A DNA stretch of 64,000 nt from positions 372,001 through 436,000 of the forward strand of contig QPGO01000004.1 of the NCBI GenBank assembly GCA_008632985.1, in the 5' to 3' direction. The translations under genes and the position numbers were made by a program. Shown here one piece after another: positions 24,108 through 36,316 of this stretch (positions within the stretch are counted from its first letter, which is position 1; each line of letters opens with the position of its first letter). This DNA comes from Psammoneis japonica (taxonomy: Eukaryota). The notes under the pieces were generated by a model that worked only from the letters and a program-made list of their open reading frames with translations, was not told the origin of the DNA and did no database searches.

Positions 24108-25460
24108 GTGTGTAGAAATCCATGTTGTTTTCCAGCACATGCACCCTTTCTCCTGATGCTGTTTCGCACAACATTTTCTTCCATCAATTCTGCACTCTGT
24201 GTTGTCCTTTCCCGGCATAATCTCACACAGGATTTCCCTGGGAGAAGTCACACACGTGTCTGGCAGGTTTTTGTGTTTAAAACTCCAAATCGTGCCAGGC
24301 GCGTGTGTGACTTCTCCCACACACCACTCTGGTGCATTTCTACAGAAACCAGATTTTTTGGTGTTGGAACAGCAACCATGGCACCGCGCGACCCATCGGT
24401 CGCCTCTCTGTCGCAAGACAACAACGGTTCCCACCTCAAGGAGGCCGCATTTGAATCTCTCTTTACCAATGGTTTTGGAGTGATCGACAGCAATGAGCAG
24501 AGCCGTGTCAAAGCAACAATCAAGATGGTGAAATCCAAGGTTCAGTTCCACTGTGATTCCACTTGTGATCCCTCACCGAATTGGATCGCGCTTGCCCATG
24601 TGTGGCAAAAGTCGAAGGGCAGACCTCATTTTTTTGCAGAACTGATGGCTGTGAACCGCGCTGTTGCAAAGGAACTTGGGCACAAGAGCTTGCTGCACTT
24701 TCTTTCCGCAAAAGGATGGAGTTGTTCCAGTCAAGGTGCCAAACATCCTCATGTGTTGGAGCGTTGCCGTGCTCCCAAAGCAGAGGACATGAAAGTCATC
24801 GGTGACAAGGCAAAATCAACAGACATTGCAACCAACATGATGGCAAAGATTTCCATGTTGCACAAGCTTCTCCATGATCCCGGATTGTGCGACCCAAAGG
24901 GAGAGCCACTTGTCAAGCACACCAAGCTGAGAAGTTTTGAAGGGAAGGTTTTGCATTGCACGCAATGCCTTGACATTGGTTTTTTGATTCTTCGTGACAA
25001 GATTCTGCTGCACGCACCTGAAAGGAATGGTGATTGCGATCATTGGCTTTACTCCCTGTTCGGCGAATGTGACGAGACATCGACTTGCATCAACTTTTTG
25101 GAGAATTTCCTGGCTCTTGGTCACTGTGAGACAACCAAAGACGAATGCCCTGTGTCCTTCCCTGAATTCATAAAGTCGTTGTTTCGCCAACACAAAAATT
25201 CTTGGGCAAAGCCTGTGCAACTGGCGATGCTTGATGTCGAGCGAGAACAAATGCACGCAACACATGTCGATGAGACTCTTTTAAGATGTGTGAAAATTGA
25301 TCGTGTGGTTTCTGCCGCTGACGATTCCGGCAAAAGCAAGGCTGCAAGGGATCGTTTTGAGGCTGTGTGGAAAGCCAGGCTTCGTGACTTTGCCACTCAG
25401 CACAAGAAGAAAGAAATCGGCAATGCAATTCCATCCGTTACGAAAAATGCTCGGAAATGA
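24108..25460 (+). pseudogene. TE-associated ORF of unknown function (mutated)
   Basis: 450-aa ORF almost devoid of Tyr inside the TpA-depleted block. Probable start near MAPRDPS (~24378). Confidence 0.45.
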
Positions 25461-25497
25461 AAAAATCCAAATGGCACGAATCCATCACATCATTTGA

Positions 25498-27690
25498 TTG
25501 ATTGTTCATCCTCCTCTTCTCATCTCTGATTCTTCCATTCTTCTTGCCACCTCTTCAGCCACCTCCCTTTGCTCCTCAAGCCCCAGTCTCAAAAACCCCA
25601 AAGATGGTGAACCTTCTGATGTTTCTCAGAACGAATCGCTGATTCTCCAAGATGTGCCGACTCTTGAGGAACAATTTGAACATTCCCGAACAAAGTGGCC
25701 AACCCTCAGTGCAACTTGTCAGTCACCTCCTCCTCTGCCAGACAATTTCACAAAAGAAGAGCTTGTGAAAGTGTTTCCTGAACCATCTCCATTTGCGATT
25801 CTGGGTGAGGTGAAGTCACAACATTCTCACCTTGTCGTGTTTGAGGAAACCCCCATTTCCGGTTCCTTCAAGGGGAACTGTGTCAAGCACCAGTTGTTCC
25901 ACAGCATCTCCGATTTCCACTTGGTGAATCACCTCCGCAAGTTTGTGCATGGATTTGAAAACAGCGCAGCTCCCAATGATCCGACGCAAGAATCGATGGT
26001 TGCGATTGCTCACCCGACCCAGTCAACCTCTCATTTTTCTGACGTGGTCACTCATTTGCAACACACGGACAAGATGTGTCAGAAACACTTCTTTGGATTG
26101 CGGTTCAGTGTGTCGTCGATGCTCCGTGCAGTGTTGGAACATGGCGAGCCGAACAAAAAAAGGGATGGACCAGAATGCAAGTTGCGCTGTCGGATCTGTT
26201 TTGGTTGTTGTGGCCAGAATTGCGAAGTCACGGATGGTGAGTTAGCTGAAGTGGGACCCACTCACAAGCCTGGTGCCATCTTTGGCAGGGACAAGTGGGA
26301 GAAGCTTCCAAAGGATGTGCAGGCAATGACAGCCTCAATCTTGGATGCCGTGCAACTCTGCGAGGACGAAACTAATCTTGTTGCTTTGAAAGAAATGCGT
26401 TCCTTCCATGACCCTCACTGTGACAGTCTTTTCGCGGCTGAGCTCCGCAAGATGGTTGAAGCCAAGCATGTTAGAAGGGAAGGCGTGGAAATTCAAGTGA
26501 AGTGCATCTCGTCGTCCGGCAAAAAATCCGTCAATTCAAAAACCGAGCTGCACATTGACAAAGAGGATTGTGACATGGATGGGCACACCAAGACTGGTGC
26601 TCTTTGCTCGTCACTGCGAGATGCTGTTGGTCGCTCTTGGTCGTTGAAGGTCATCACTGCATCCAAAGGTAATGCTGGAAACTGTGTCAGTTTGGTGCAT
26701 GGGCATGCCGAGTTCCGATCGCGTGTGCATGGTCATTTCGCAAAACTTGATCTGTCACATGCTGCAGAAATGATGAGATGCCGTGGCCCTCATCGTCCTC
26801 CGTCGGGCAAGCCAACCCACAGAAACATCAAAGATTTTTTCCTTGACCTTCACTCTGTGTGGGTGGAAGAGGAAATTGGCAAGCCAAATCTTCCGTCCGA
26901 CACAGTTGAGCATCCCGTTGTTGTCATGCCAAGGAAACGTCTTCCGTTTGCCATCGTGAAGGACTTTAATTTCTTGTGCGGTTGTTCGGCAATCATTGAC
27001 AACCTCGATGAGGTTGGTGCACATGATTGCTTTCGTTGCGCTGTTGTGGCTGGGTGTCAAACCGGATTCTCCCCTTTTTGCCACTTGTTGTGCAACACAG
27101 ATGCTGTGAAGCGTCCTTTCGTGGCTGGCAATTGTGTCCTTCATCACTTCAGAGAAGCTGCGAGGCTGTTCGGCAGCATTGCGGGGGATCGCAACAACCG
27201 ATGCATGCAGAGCCCGGGACTCGATTTCGAGGAGGTTCATGTGGCAGAGTGTGGGACGAAACTCAATGGTTTGATGGACTTGCTTGTTGGCGGACTGGTT
27301 GTCATCATCGACTGGATCAATGACAATGTTGGCAAGCCAACGTTTGACCACAAGGCGATCAAGGACATGTTTAAAACCGTGGTCCAAACATGGGATCATG
27401 CAGGTGCTGATTGTGGAGAGTTCAGATGCATGAACTCTGTGCAGATGTTGATGCTGTGTGGCACAGGCATCCATCCTCACCCTGACCTTCGCAACCTTGT
27501 CTATCTGGCAGCCAAGTTGGGAGTGGCGAAGCAAATGGAGGAAATGAAGGTCCCGGTGGAGGAGCGCGATTTACTCTTGGAACGGACAGAGGGTGATTTT
27601 GATTTGGAAGACTGTGGAAAGAATGGCCCAGAGTCTTTGCACGACCTGCTTCAGAAAACTGTCGAGGTTGCGTTGTTGTGCGGCAGATGA
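25498..27690 (+). pseudogene. TE-associated ORF of unknown function with an HxDxxD motif (mutated)
   Basis: 730-aa ORF with one Tyr, convergent with the Plavaka-like transposase. Contains LHIDKED. Confidence 0.45.
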
Positions 27691-29883
27691 TTGCAGCTTG
27701 AAAAAGTCTTTCAAGAGACATTCCCCCAAGCCTGTGTCAAAGTTCATCGCATGTCAGCAACAACAAAGAAACACTGGGAGATGGAGTGTTTCATGAAGCT
27801 TTTGAGGCTTCCACCTGCATCCTTCTGTTCGCGGGACGAATTGCACTGTCCGGGCAATGAGGAGATGGATTTTCTTGTTTATTTTCTGAATGGATGAACT
27901 GGGAGTTGCGCTTGTGATGGGTGGATTGCCCAGCCTGTGCCATGCGTGGAAGACAAGAAGGTCCTCGAGCAATTGAATGAATTGCCAGATGCTGCAGTTG
28001 AGTCTTTTTCCCTTGTTTTTTTTCTTTTTTTGGTTGTCGTCACCATCCTCTGCCTCACTCTCCTCTTTCTCATCCTCATTTTCGTCCCAGTCACCCTCTT
28101 TGGACTCCTCCGACCTTTCATCGTCAGAGTCCAAGCACTCACTGGGTTGGCAGTAACTCTCAAAGTTCACTTTGGGCATCTTGCGATTCTCTGGAAGAAT
28201 GGGTTCGTCTGCATCCTCGTCAAGGAAGCATGACTCACATGCGTTTCGTCCCTTGCTGGTTGGCAGGAGAAGGTAGAAAACAAAAGCCATTCCAGCCCAG
28301 TGGTGAGAGTTGAGGAAGGCAAGCGACGTTGCTCCTCCTTTGAAGTTTGTTCGCAAAAAGGATGCTTTGCAAGTTGACCGGTGATTGCTGAAAATCCTTT
28401 CCACTGTGCTGTCCACCTCACTTGTGACCACAGGTGTCATGCTGTCTACAAATGAATTGATTGCCCTTTTCAAGGTGCCATTTTAAAAGAGATGCATCAT
28501 GTCGCTTGCTGTTGCAAGGGCAATGCCACATGGTTGTGTGCCAAAGTCTGCCTCAAAAAGACAGTTGGCAGGTGCATTGTGTTGCTTGAGGTGATGCAAG
28601 ATGCCCAACCAGTGCTTCCTTTCTTGGTCTGATCTGTTGTCGTCGTTGGCCTTGGTTTGCACTTGTTGGAGATCCAGTCCTCGGATGAACTCGCATTCAA
28701 TCCATGGGTTGTCCAGTTTGTTGAAACCAGTGAGGCAAAAACGACAGCAACGTTGACGACAGTTGTGACCTCTGCATCGTCCGACAAGACAGTTGCCACT
28801 TTTTGCGTCTCCTATGATCAGAATGATCAGCGGGGTTGCGTGGAGGTGTCGCATCTCATCCCCTCGTCGCACACACGTTTTCATGCCTCCTTTTCTCATG
28901 ACTTCCAAAAGTGGCTCCAAAATGACACGCAAGCAAGTGTGGTGGTCTCTTGACGAGCGTCCCTTCTCCGCCTTGCGATTGTTTGAGAGATTCTTTGCCA
29001 CAGATGACAACATCTTTTCCAAATCAGGGAGATGAACAATTGGTTTCCAGACACTCTTGTCTGACCATTTGTTGAAGGCAACATGCGCAGAGGTCATGAT
29101 CACTGGTTCTCTGCAATGTGATCCCATCCCTTGTGTCCTGCCAGTCTTGTCGAGGCAAATGACATTGCACTCGAGAAATTGTTTCTCCGGGTCAGTCATC
29201 CGTTCTTCGTAACTGCGCCTGTGCCACTCACCCACCAAAAGGCACTTGTCATCCGGTCCCTTCGCTTTGCACTTCCCAAAAGGATTGTCTGGATTGGCCA
29301 CATTCTCTCTGCTGCACCACAGGTGAGGATCGAGCAAAAACTTTTCCCAAACCTTTGTGAAATCCCATCTTGGAACTGACACTTGTTTTGGCAAACCGGT
29401 TTTGAAATTTTTGGTTTCTAGAGTGACAGGAACAGACTCGCTGGGCGGAAGAGGGAAATGCTTGGTCAAGGTGTGCATCAACTCTTTTCTCCTTGGCAGA
29501 ACTGCACCAAGCTCTGTGTTGCTGTTCCCAGTGCGCCTCTCAATGAAATCAACAATGCAATCACACAATTCCAGGGGAGCACCACGTGTGTCCATGAGCT
29601 TCTTGCACAACTCTACACAAGCTCCGTCAAGATTTGTCAAAGAGGGAGTAGAAGCCAAGGCCTCTTCTGCAGGAGCGTGACACCTGATCCCCAAACGTTG
29701 ATCCTCATCGTGAATGTCCTCTTCCTCCTCCATTGTCATGTCTGACACTGCAGCAAAGGATTGACCACCGCCAACATCCAAATCGTTCATTGCCAAAAGC
29801 TCAACTCCATGCATGCTGTGGTTGGATGAAACAGAGGACATGTCATCCATTCCGTGCGGTGCGTCATCCAGGGAGGGGAACAA
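27630..29883 (-). mobile_element. Plavaka-like (CACTA-related) transposase pseudogene
   Basis: ORFs 28483-29883 and 27754-28473 are in frame across a TAA, and the frame continues past a TGA (HAMNFDTGLGE..LK.FFK). Motifs: CLDKTG, EPVIMT, IIGDAKSG..LVGR, C.RCC.FC, SDMMHLF, RTNF..G.TSL, KLHE.LH. Element termini not found. Confidence 0.65.
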
Positions 29884-30599
29884 GGGGCTGCTGCTTGGAT
29901 CACTCGTTGAAGATCTTGGGAATCTGCTATGAGTGGATCACCTCGGATGGGATTCGTCATCATCAGAGGACGAAGAGGAAGAACTGCCACTTTCTTCGGG
30001 TGGCCCCTCTGTTGTGGCAGGAATGTCGCTTTGATCTGGGATTGGATCTTGGGTTTGCAACTCTTGGGCAACTGAGTGACACGTTGGTGAGTGTCTCCAA
30101 TGGCAGGCTGTTCACAAAAAACTTTTGCCACACCCGGGACAGAGAAGAGGGTTTCCGTCCATTGCCAATCAGACAACATTGACAGGGCCTTCATCAAGAC
30201 TCATGCTCATCGTCCTTGTCTTGTGAATGAGCAGGGAAAAGAAGAACAACACACAAAAAATGGCGGGAAAATGGCAAACATTGCATTGTCTTCCAGATTT
30301 GGATGATTCTCACAGGTGTGACGTGTCTGCATTTTGATTTTTTATCTGGCATTTACGACGAACATTGCACTTTTTATTTGCTGTCAAAATGCAGGATGTT
30401 GTCTCCGTTGAAATGCAATGACAGCCATGTCAAAAAGCAAGTTGGACTGTTCATTGTTGCACACAAATGTGTTTTCAAATTTCAATGTTGCTGACAACAA
30501 TTTGTGCAATGTCACAGAGAAAAATGGAGTGGCTGGCTGTCTCAACACGACCCAAAAATGACGGTTGCACTGTCGCACAGCAACACTCCTCTCATTGTT

Positions 30600-31635
30600 G
30601 CCATGTGAAGATCAAGATGTTGTCTCCAGCACCACCGGCAAAGAAGAGAAAGAAAAATGAGACTGTTGAGCCAATGAGCCCAAGACTTCAGGCAGTGTTG
30701 AAGAGAACAGGTGCGCAGGCAGTGCATGGTGCATTGAAATCAGAAGTGGAGAAGGTGGCTGGAAATGATCTCTTTCCATAGGTGAAGTTTCTCAGTCCAT
30801 CAGAATTGGCAAGCAATGGGAGCGTCTCAATGTTTGTCAAGAAACAGATTGCTGGTGGCAACATGGACACTTCAAATTGGTCAGGAACTTGGGAGGAATG
30901 GGCAAAAAAGGCGGTAAAAAGGCAAATTGACAATCGCAGAAACACGGTGTGTTCGGCTGTTGGGGCGGAGGCAATGGCCCGTAAGCCAAGTGACCAATGT
31001 GTGTGATTCGAGAGTTGCGTGTGTCTCACAAGAAGATGACGGTGATGCGGCGGCAGTCAGGAGGAAAAAGCAAGCCAGGAAAAAGTCAAGCCGTGACAAG
31101 AATGAAGAGAATGACATCCCGTTTGTGCCGACATGGGATCCGTTCAGCCTGGGCACTGTCACTGGCGGCAAACGAAGGAACAAGCAGACATGCAAGTGGT
31201 TCTGTTGTCACATCCTACCTCAAACCAAGCAAAAGCAGGCATGGAGTGGCACCGTCAAAACTGGGAATGCACAGGTCTCACAGTTGTTTGCGGCAGGTGA
31301 CGAAGCTTTGGCACCATCAGCTGTGGAGAATCATTGGCAGGTGTGGGCATGCAGGAACAAGGAGGAGGCGGTGGAAGAATTGGGTGAGGAAATGGAGCCC
31401 AAAGAAACAAGGCCTGCCCCTCGGTGCACGAAGCCAAAGAAACAACGAGTGTCTTGGGGAGACGACGGAATCATTCGGTTCAACGATTCACGCAAAGAGG
31501 TGATGAAAGACAGAGACTCCAAGGAGGGCAAGGAGTTTGAAAAGTGGTGTGCGGAGATCAAGAAAAGCAGAAGAAGAAGAAGACAGCACCGACTGGTGAT
31601 GCGGAGAAGGTGAAGGCAATGAACAGCCCAATGGT
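30600..31635 (+). pseudogene. TE-associated ORF relic (DEAL...VEN.W motif), interrupted by LTR-element insertion; acidic continuation at 33566-33700
   Basis: ORF 30927-31613 and neighbouring frames are TA-depleted. TSD ATGGT joins 31635 to 33566. Confidence 0.4.
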
Positions 31636-33560
31636 TGACAGAAATTGAAGGCAAATGGCAAGAATTCAAACAATGACTCCTTGCTGCTGTCTAAATGGCA
31701 GATGAGTCTCCGCTCAGAGACCATTGCAGGAGCCGAAAGACATGTAAGTCGGCACAATCGGGCTGCTGTCATTGTTCTTGTGAGCCTTGTGGCTCGAAAG
31801 CAAACTACATCGCGCGCGAACGCGCGGAACTAAAGCACACAAAACTGTGCGCGGCAAACTAAACAGCGCGCGACATTTCACGCGCACCTAAATCCTGTTC
31901 AAATCCTGTCACTCCCCAGTTTGCTTGAAGAGTCACAGAAACAGATTCGACTTTGGATTGACCAAAGAACCTTGGAGTCAAAGCACCAAAACATGAGGAG
32001 ACAAGAAAGGATCAAGATCCAAGTGGGTCATCTTGAGATGAGCTGCGTCTCCCCAATTGCAGATGCCGTTGTGCTTTTCAAAGCTCAAGGCACACTTGGG
32101 ATCTTGTGGGATTCCACATCTGCACTTGCAATGGAAGGAGCAAAGCTTGGTCTGGTTGACAATGTTGAACGGCGGGGCAACATCGCAGGACAATGCAAAC
32201 AAGTTGACATCGCCTTCACTTCCTGAGTGAAGGTCGTAAAGACTGATGGCCGTCTGTTGGTTCTTGGGACGGTTGCCACACTGGGCTGCTGCTAAAAAAA
32301 CAGAGCAGTGCTCGTGCAGGGTGGCATGGCGTTTGCACGACTTGGGGAACAGAGCAAGCATGAGTTCAAAGGCACAAGCGGTGGTCTTGTGTTCCACCAA
32401 TCCGATTGCAAGCTCAGCTGCATCTCCTGAGAGACTGATCCAATTGGAGAAACGAGTCTCAAGGTGCAAGCCTTTGGGGATTGGATTGGAGCAAGACATC
32501 TTGTGGTGCAAGGCTGCAGATGTCTGATTGGGGCAACCAGTCCCGTGCTGCAAGACTTCTGGGATCCAAAAGGACTTGCCAGTCTTGTGACACGAGTCTT
32601 CGGGGATCCAATCAGGAGGCCAAGTCTTGAGGTGCGAGACTTGGGGGATCCAATCAGGAGGCCGAGTCTTGTGGCGCAAGACTTGAGGGATCCAATCCAG
32701 AGGCCGAGTCTTGAGGTATGAGACGTGGAGGATCCAATTGGGAGGCCCGGTCTCGAGGCACGAGATGTGGAGAGTCCAGTTGGGAGGCCTGGTCTCAAGG
32801 CACGAGACTTGGGGCATCCAATCAGGAGGCCCAGTCTCAATGTACGAGACTTGAGGCATCCAATCAGGAGGCCTGGTCTCGAGGTGCGAGACTTGGGGGA
32901 TCCAACCAGGAGGCCCAGTCTCGAGGCACGAGACTTGAGGCATCCAATCAGGAGGCCTGGTCTCGAGGTGCGGGACTTGGGACATCCAATCAAGAGACCT
33001 GGTCTCGAGGTACGACACTTGGGGCATCCAATCAGGAGGCTCAGTCTCGAGGCACGAGACTTGAGGCATCCAATCAGGAGGCCCAGTCTCGAGGTGCGAG
33101 ACTTGAGGCATCCAATCAGGAGGCCTGGTCTCGAGGTGCGAGACTTGAGGCATCCAATCAGGAGGCCTGGTCTCGAGGTGCGAGACTTGGAGCATCCAGT
33201 CAGGAGGCCTGGTCTCAAGGCACGAGACTTGAGGCATCCAATCAGGAGGCCCAGTCTCGAGGTGCGAGACTTGAGGCATCCAACTGACAGAAATTGAAGG
33301 CAAATGGCAAGAATTCAAACAACAACTCCTCACTGCTGTCTAAACAGCAGATGAGTCTCCGCTCAGAGACCGTTGCAGGAGCCGAAAGACGTGTAAGTCG
33401 GTACAATCGGGCTACTGTCATCATTCTTGTGAGCCTTGTGGCTCGAAAGCAAACTACATCGCACGCGAACGCGCGGAGCTAAAGCACACAAAACTGTGCG
33501 TGGTAAACTAAACAGCGTGCGACATTTCACGCGCACCTAAATCCTGTTCAAATCCTGTCA
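31636..33560 (-). mobile_element. Non-autonomous LTR element (1925 bp) of the same family as 4868-8812
   Basis: 276-bp LTRs at 33285-33560 (5') and 31636-31911 (3'). TSD ATGGT at 31631-31635 and 33561-33565. PPT and 3' flank match the Copia element. A degenerate pol piece lies at ~32020-32170 (NQTKLCSF...NWGDAAHL). Confidence 0.95.
32400..33284. repeat. 42-bp tandem array with internal hairpin (17 clear units plus ~4 degenerate)
   Basis: Unit TTGAGGCATCCAATCAGGAGGCCTGGTCTCGAGGTGCGAGAC. The (A/G)TCCA motif recurs every 42 nt from 32606 to 33278. Stem GTCTCG/CGAGAC with a 5-nt loop. Confidence 0.95.
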
Positions 33561-33699
33561 ATGGTGGAGAGCAGCAGGGACGATGACAGCAACGACGATG
33601 AGCAGGAGGAAGGCGCAAAAGGCAAAACGAACGACGGAGGAGACGAGTCAGATGGAGACGAGTCCGATGGAGACGAGTCCGATGATGATCATTGGCTCA

Positions 33700-35150
33700 G
33701 TTTGAGAGAGTTGCAGCAAGGAAATGTGCACACAGTTAACACAGCACTCGGTCACTGCACTGCAGACGTAACAAGGGATTGACACAACCGATGAAATGCT
33801 TTTCTTGTTTAAAACAATGTTTACGAAAATTAACAAATGCAATCACGCATTGGCACATGGCAACCAGGTGGAGGCAGAAATGGTGATGTGGACACAGTGA
33901 AAAATGGCACGCACAATTCTCAGCAAGTTGTTGCAATGTTGGCACACCAAACTTGCAACCAGAGGTTGGCCTGTCATTGCACGACAATAATTTTTTGCAA
34001 CATTTTAACAAATTGTCATCATGTAAATCCACACATTTTTGACATTTCGTGCACTCTGATGAACTTTGCAGAACAAGAGGCACTCTCTCTCTTTGAAGAG
34101 CAGCTTGGCCTTTCTACCAGGGTGTGCTCTTCTGTTGCTCATTTTCTCTTTGAATTTCTGGTGCATTCAGCACATTGAGGACTGGAGCACTTTTTCATTT
34201 GACACCTGTGGCCCACATTGCCAGTCCATTTTGCACAAGCAAAGTCTCTTGAATGGCTCTCTGATGTCAACAACACCTGGGATTTTTTTGCATGCTCACT
34301 GTTGCTTCACTTGAGTTGAGTCTGCCAATCAAAACTGTCAGTTCACACCAGGCAAAAAGTTGGTGCAAACCCTTCATCATCAATGACAGGGTGTGTCTGC
34401 ACTCAGCAACTGGACAGCCAAGTTTGAGCCACACATGTGGCCAAAACCAAGTCCACATCAGATGGTGTGTGCAGCAGCTGTGTCTGTGTTGCAAAGCAAG
34501 CACACAGTCCACAAGCCCAACCTGAGTAGAGTTTCATCATTGTGAGAACAGCTTGCAAATTTCTGCAAGACAGTGGCAGTGCAGCTCCAGCAGTCTCGTG
34601 CTGCATTCTGCACACCATGCACTCCCCACACAAAAGAGGCACTGCAAGAAGGGGCTTGCTTGACCAACCAACACAGTGGGCTGACCAGACCCCACAAAGA
34701 TGTTTCATTGGGAGAGCTGCACATTTCAAACACAGTCCTTTTCAACACATCACACACTGGCTCTGCACCCGCCCTGGGCCACTTTCATGCAACAAAGAGA
34801 GCAGTCATGACACACAAGTGCATGTGCCAGAAGTCACACAAGTCCATGTTTGCTCACTCAGACCCAGTGTTGTTTTTCATGTTGCACACCAAAATGACCT
34901 CACATTTGCACTCTTCTCACACACCACTTCGTTGCATCATTGCATCATTTTGGACGAGAGCATCACTTTCTTTCTTGTCCATGTCGTCTCACAACAAGTG
35001 TCCTCGAAGCTCTGGCAAATTGAGCAAATTCCACAGCACAGAGCAGACTAAAGAACAGTCAACCTCTTCTTAGTGTCACATTATGAAACAAGAACTGTGG
35101 CCAAAGCCAAGTGTCTCGAAGAGCACCCAAAGAACATGACCCCTTGACAG
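33700..35150. repeat. TpA-depleted degenerate block
   Basis: Called on composition only; family not identified. Confidence 0.45.
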
Positions 35151-35253
35151 ACCTTCACCTGCTGACACCACCTAACATACGGTCAGACCGTCAGAATTTC
35201 TACAGTAAATTCGCTCGGAAGATCCAGATCCAGATCCGGCGGCACATCAAGCG

Positions 35254-35898
35254 ATGACGGAAAAGAGCGACGGAACGCGAAACGCCTCAACATTCAAGAT
35301 GATCCCTTCTCTTTGCCTCTTCTTCCTGATTGCTCCATCTCTTTGTAATGGGGGCATTTTCGTGCAAGATCGGGGTTCAAAAGACGCGGCTGCTGTGGAC
35401 CCACAGATGAATCAGATACTCGCGCATAAGACGACAGCACATCATCTTCGTGGTTCGAGGTTGCTTAAAAGCAAGCACCATTCGATGACCTTACCAGAAA
35501 GCTGGAATGATGTACAGGAGAATTGGCACCATGTGGACCCTGTAGCCGTCATCATTGCTTTTGTGGTGATTTGGATTCTCTTCTGCGCGCTCTGCAATAT
35601 CCTGAAGTGTCTTTGTCGTTGCTTGTCATGCAACGGAGGACGAAGTGGGTACGCCCCGGTGCGTTCCATTCAGCATCCCAGAACGGTTGCTTACGAAGCT
35701 CCCCCGGCCTATAATCCCGAGTATCGCAGTTCGTACGACAGGTATGGAAGTTCAGCAGCTTCCGCTCAAGGATACCCGTGTCGCAATCTATTGTGGGGCT
35801 TGTGCTGTTTCGAATGCTGCTGTCGTGACAACCAAGATTTTGATTGTTGTGACATTTCTTGTGGTCTTTGCGTCTACGAACTGTGTTGTCCGCGATGA
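35254..35898 (+). CDS. Signal-peptide, single-TM protein with Cys-rich cytoplasmic tail (unknown function)
   Basis: 214 aa, probable start MIPSLCLFFLIAPSLCNG. TM segment VAVIIAFVVIWILFCALC, a PPAY motif and a CCFECCC tail. Normal Tyr content. Confidence 0.7.
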   Translation: MTEKSDGTRNASTFKMIPSLCLFFLIAPSLCNGGIFVQDRGSKDAAAVDPQMNQILAHKTTAHHLRGSRLLKSKHHSMTLPESWNDVQENWHHVDPVAVIIAFVVIWILFCALCNILKCLCRCLSCNGGRSGYAPVRSIQHPRTVAYEAPPAYNPEYRSSYDRYGSSAASAQGYPCRNLLWGLCCFECCCRDNQDFDCCDISCGLCVYELCCPR

Positions 35899-36316
35899 AA
35901 AGGGCTCATGGTTTACTTCTTTAAGATCGAACGAGGTCGGACGCAAACCTGCAAACACACGAGTTGCTTCAACATCACAAGACAGCCTCGCGTTGGCGAC
36001 ACTCACTATCGATTCCATCTACATCCATCATTGCCAATGCCTTTTACGACTGAAAATATGCATCCATTTGGTCCCTTGCGTCCGTGTAGCAATGCTCGCC
36101 TTACAACTGTTGAGATAATGCTGACACCCGCTTTGACTTCAACCAAGAGGAGCTGACAAGCAGTCCTTTTATGATCCAATCGCAAGGTTCGTGTGATCTT
36201 TGGAATTAGCTTTGTAAATACGCTGGTGTCTAGATTTTATCATTCCCCATAGAGTCGCACCCGACGCCTCATCACACGTCGAATAGATCGATTTGTTCCA
36301 CACACCAAAATATGCA

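Noticed and set aside
32400..33284. CRISPR-like array of palindromic repeats
   Set aside because: Units are contiguous with no unique spacers, there are no cas genes, and the array lies inside a eukaryotic LTR element.
31978..33333. 451-aa and overlapping ORFs with 14-aa repeats
   Set aside because: They are by-products of a stop-free 42-bp array that is open in several frames on both strands and starts within the LTR.
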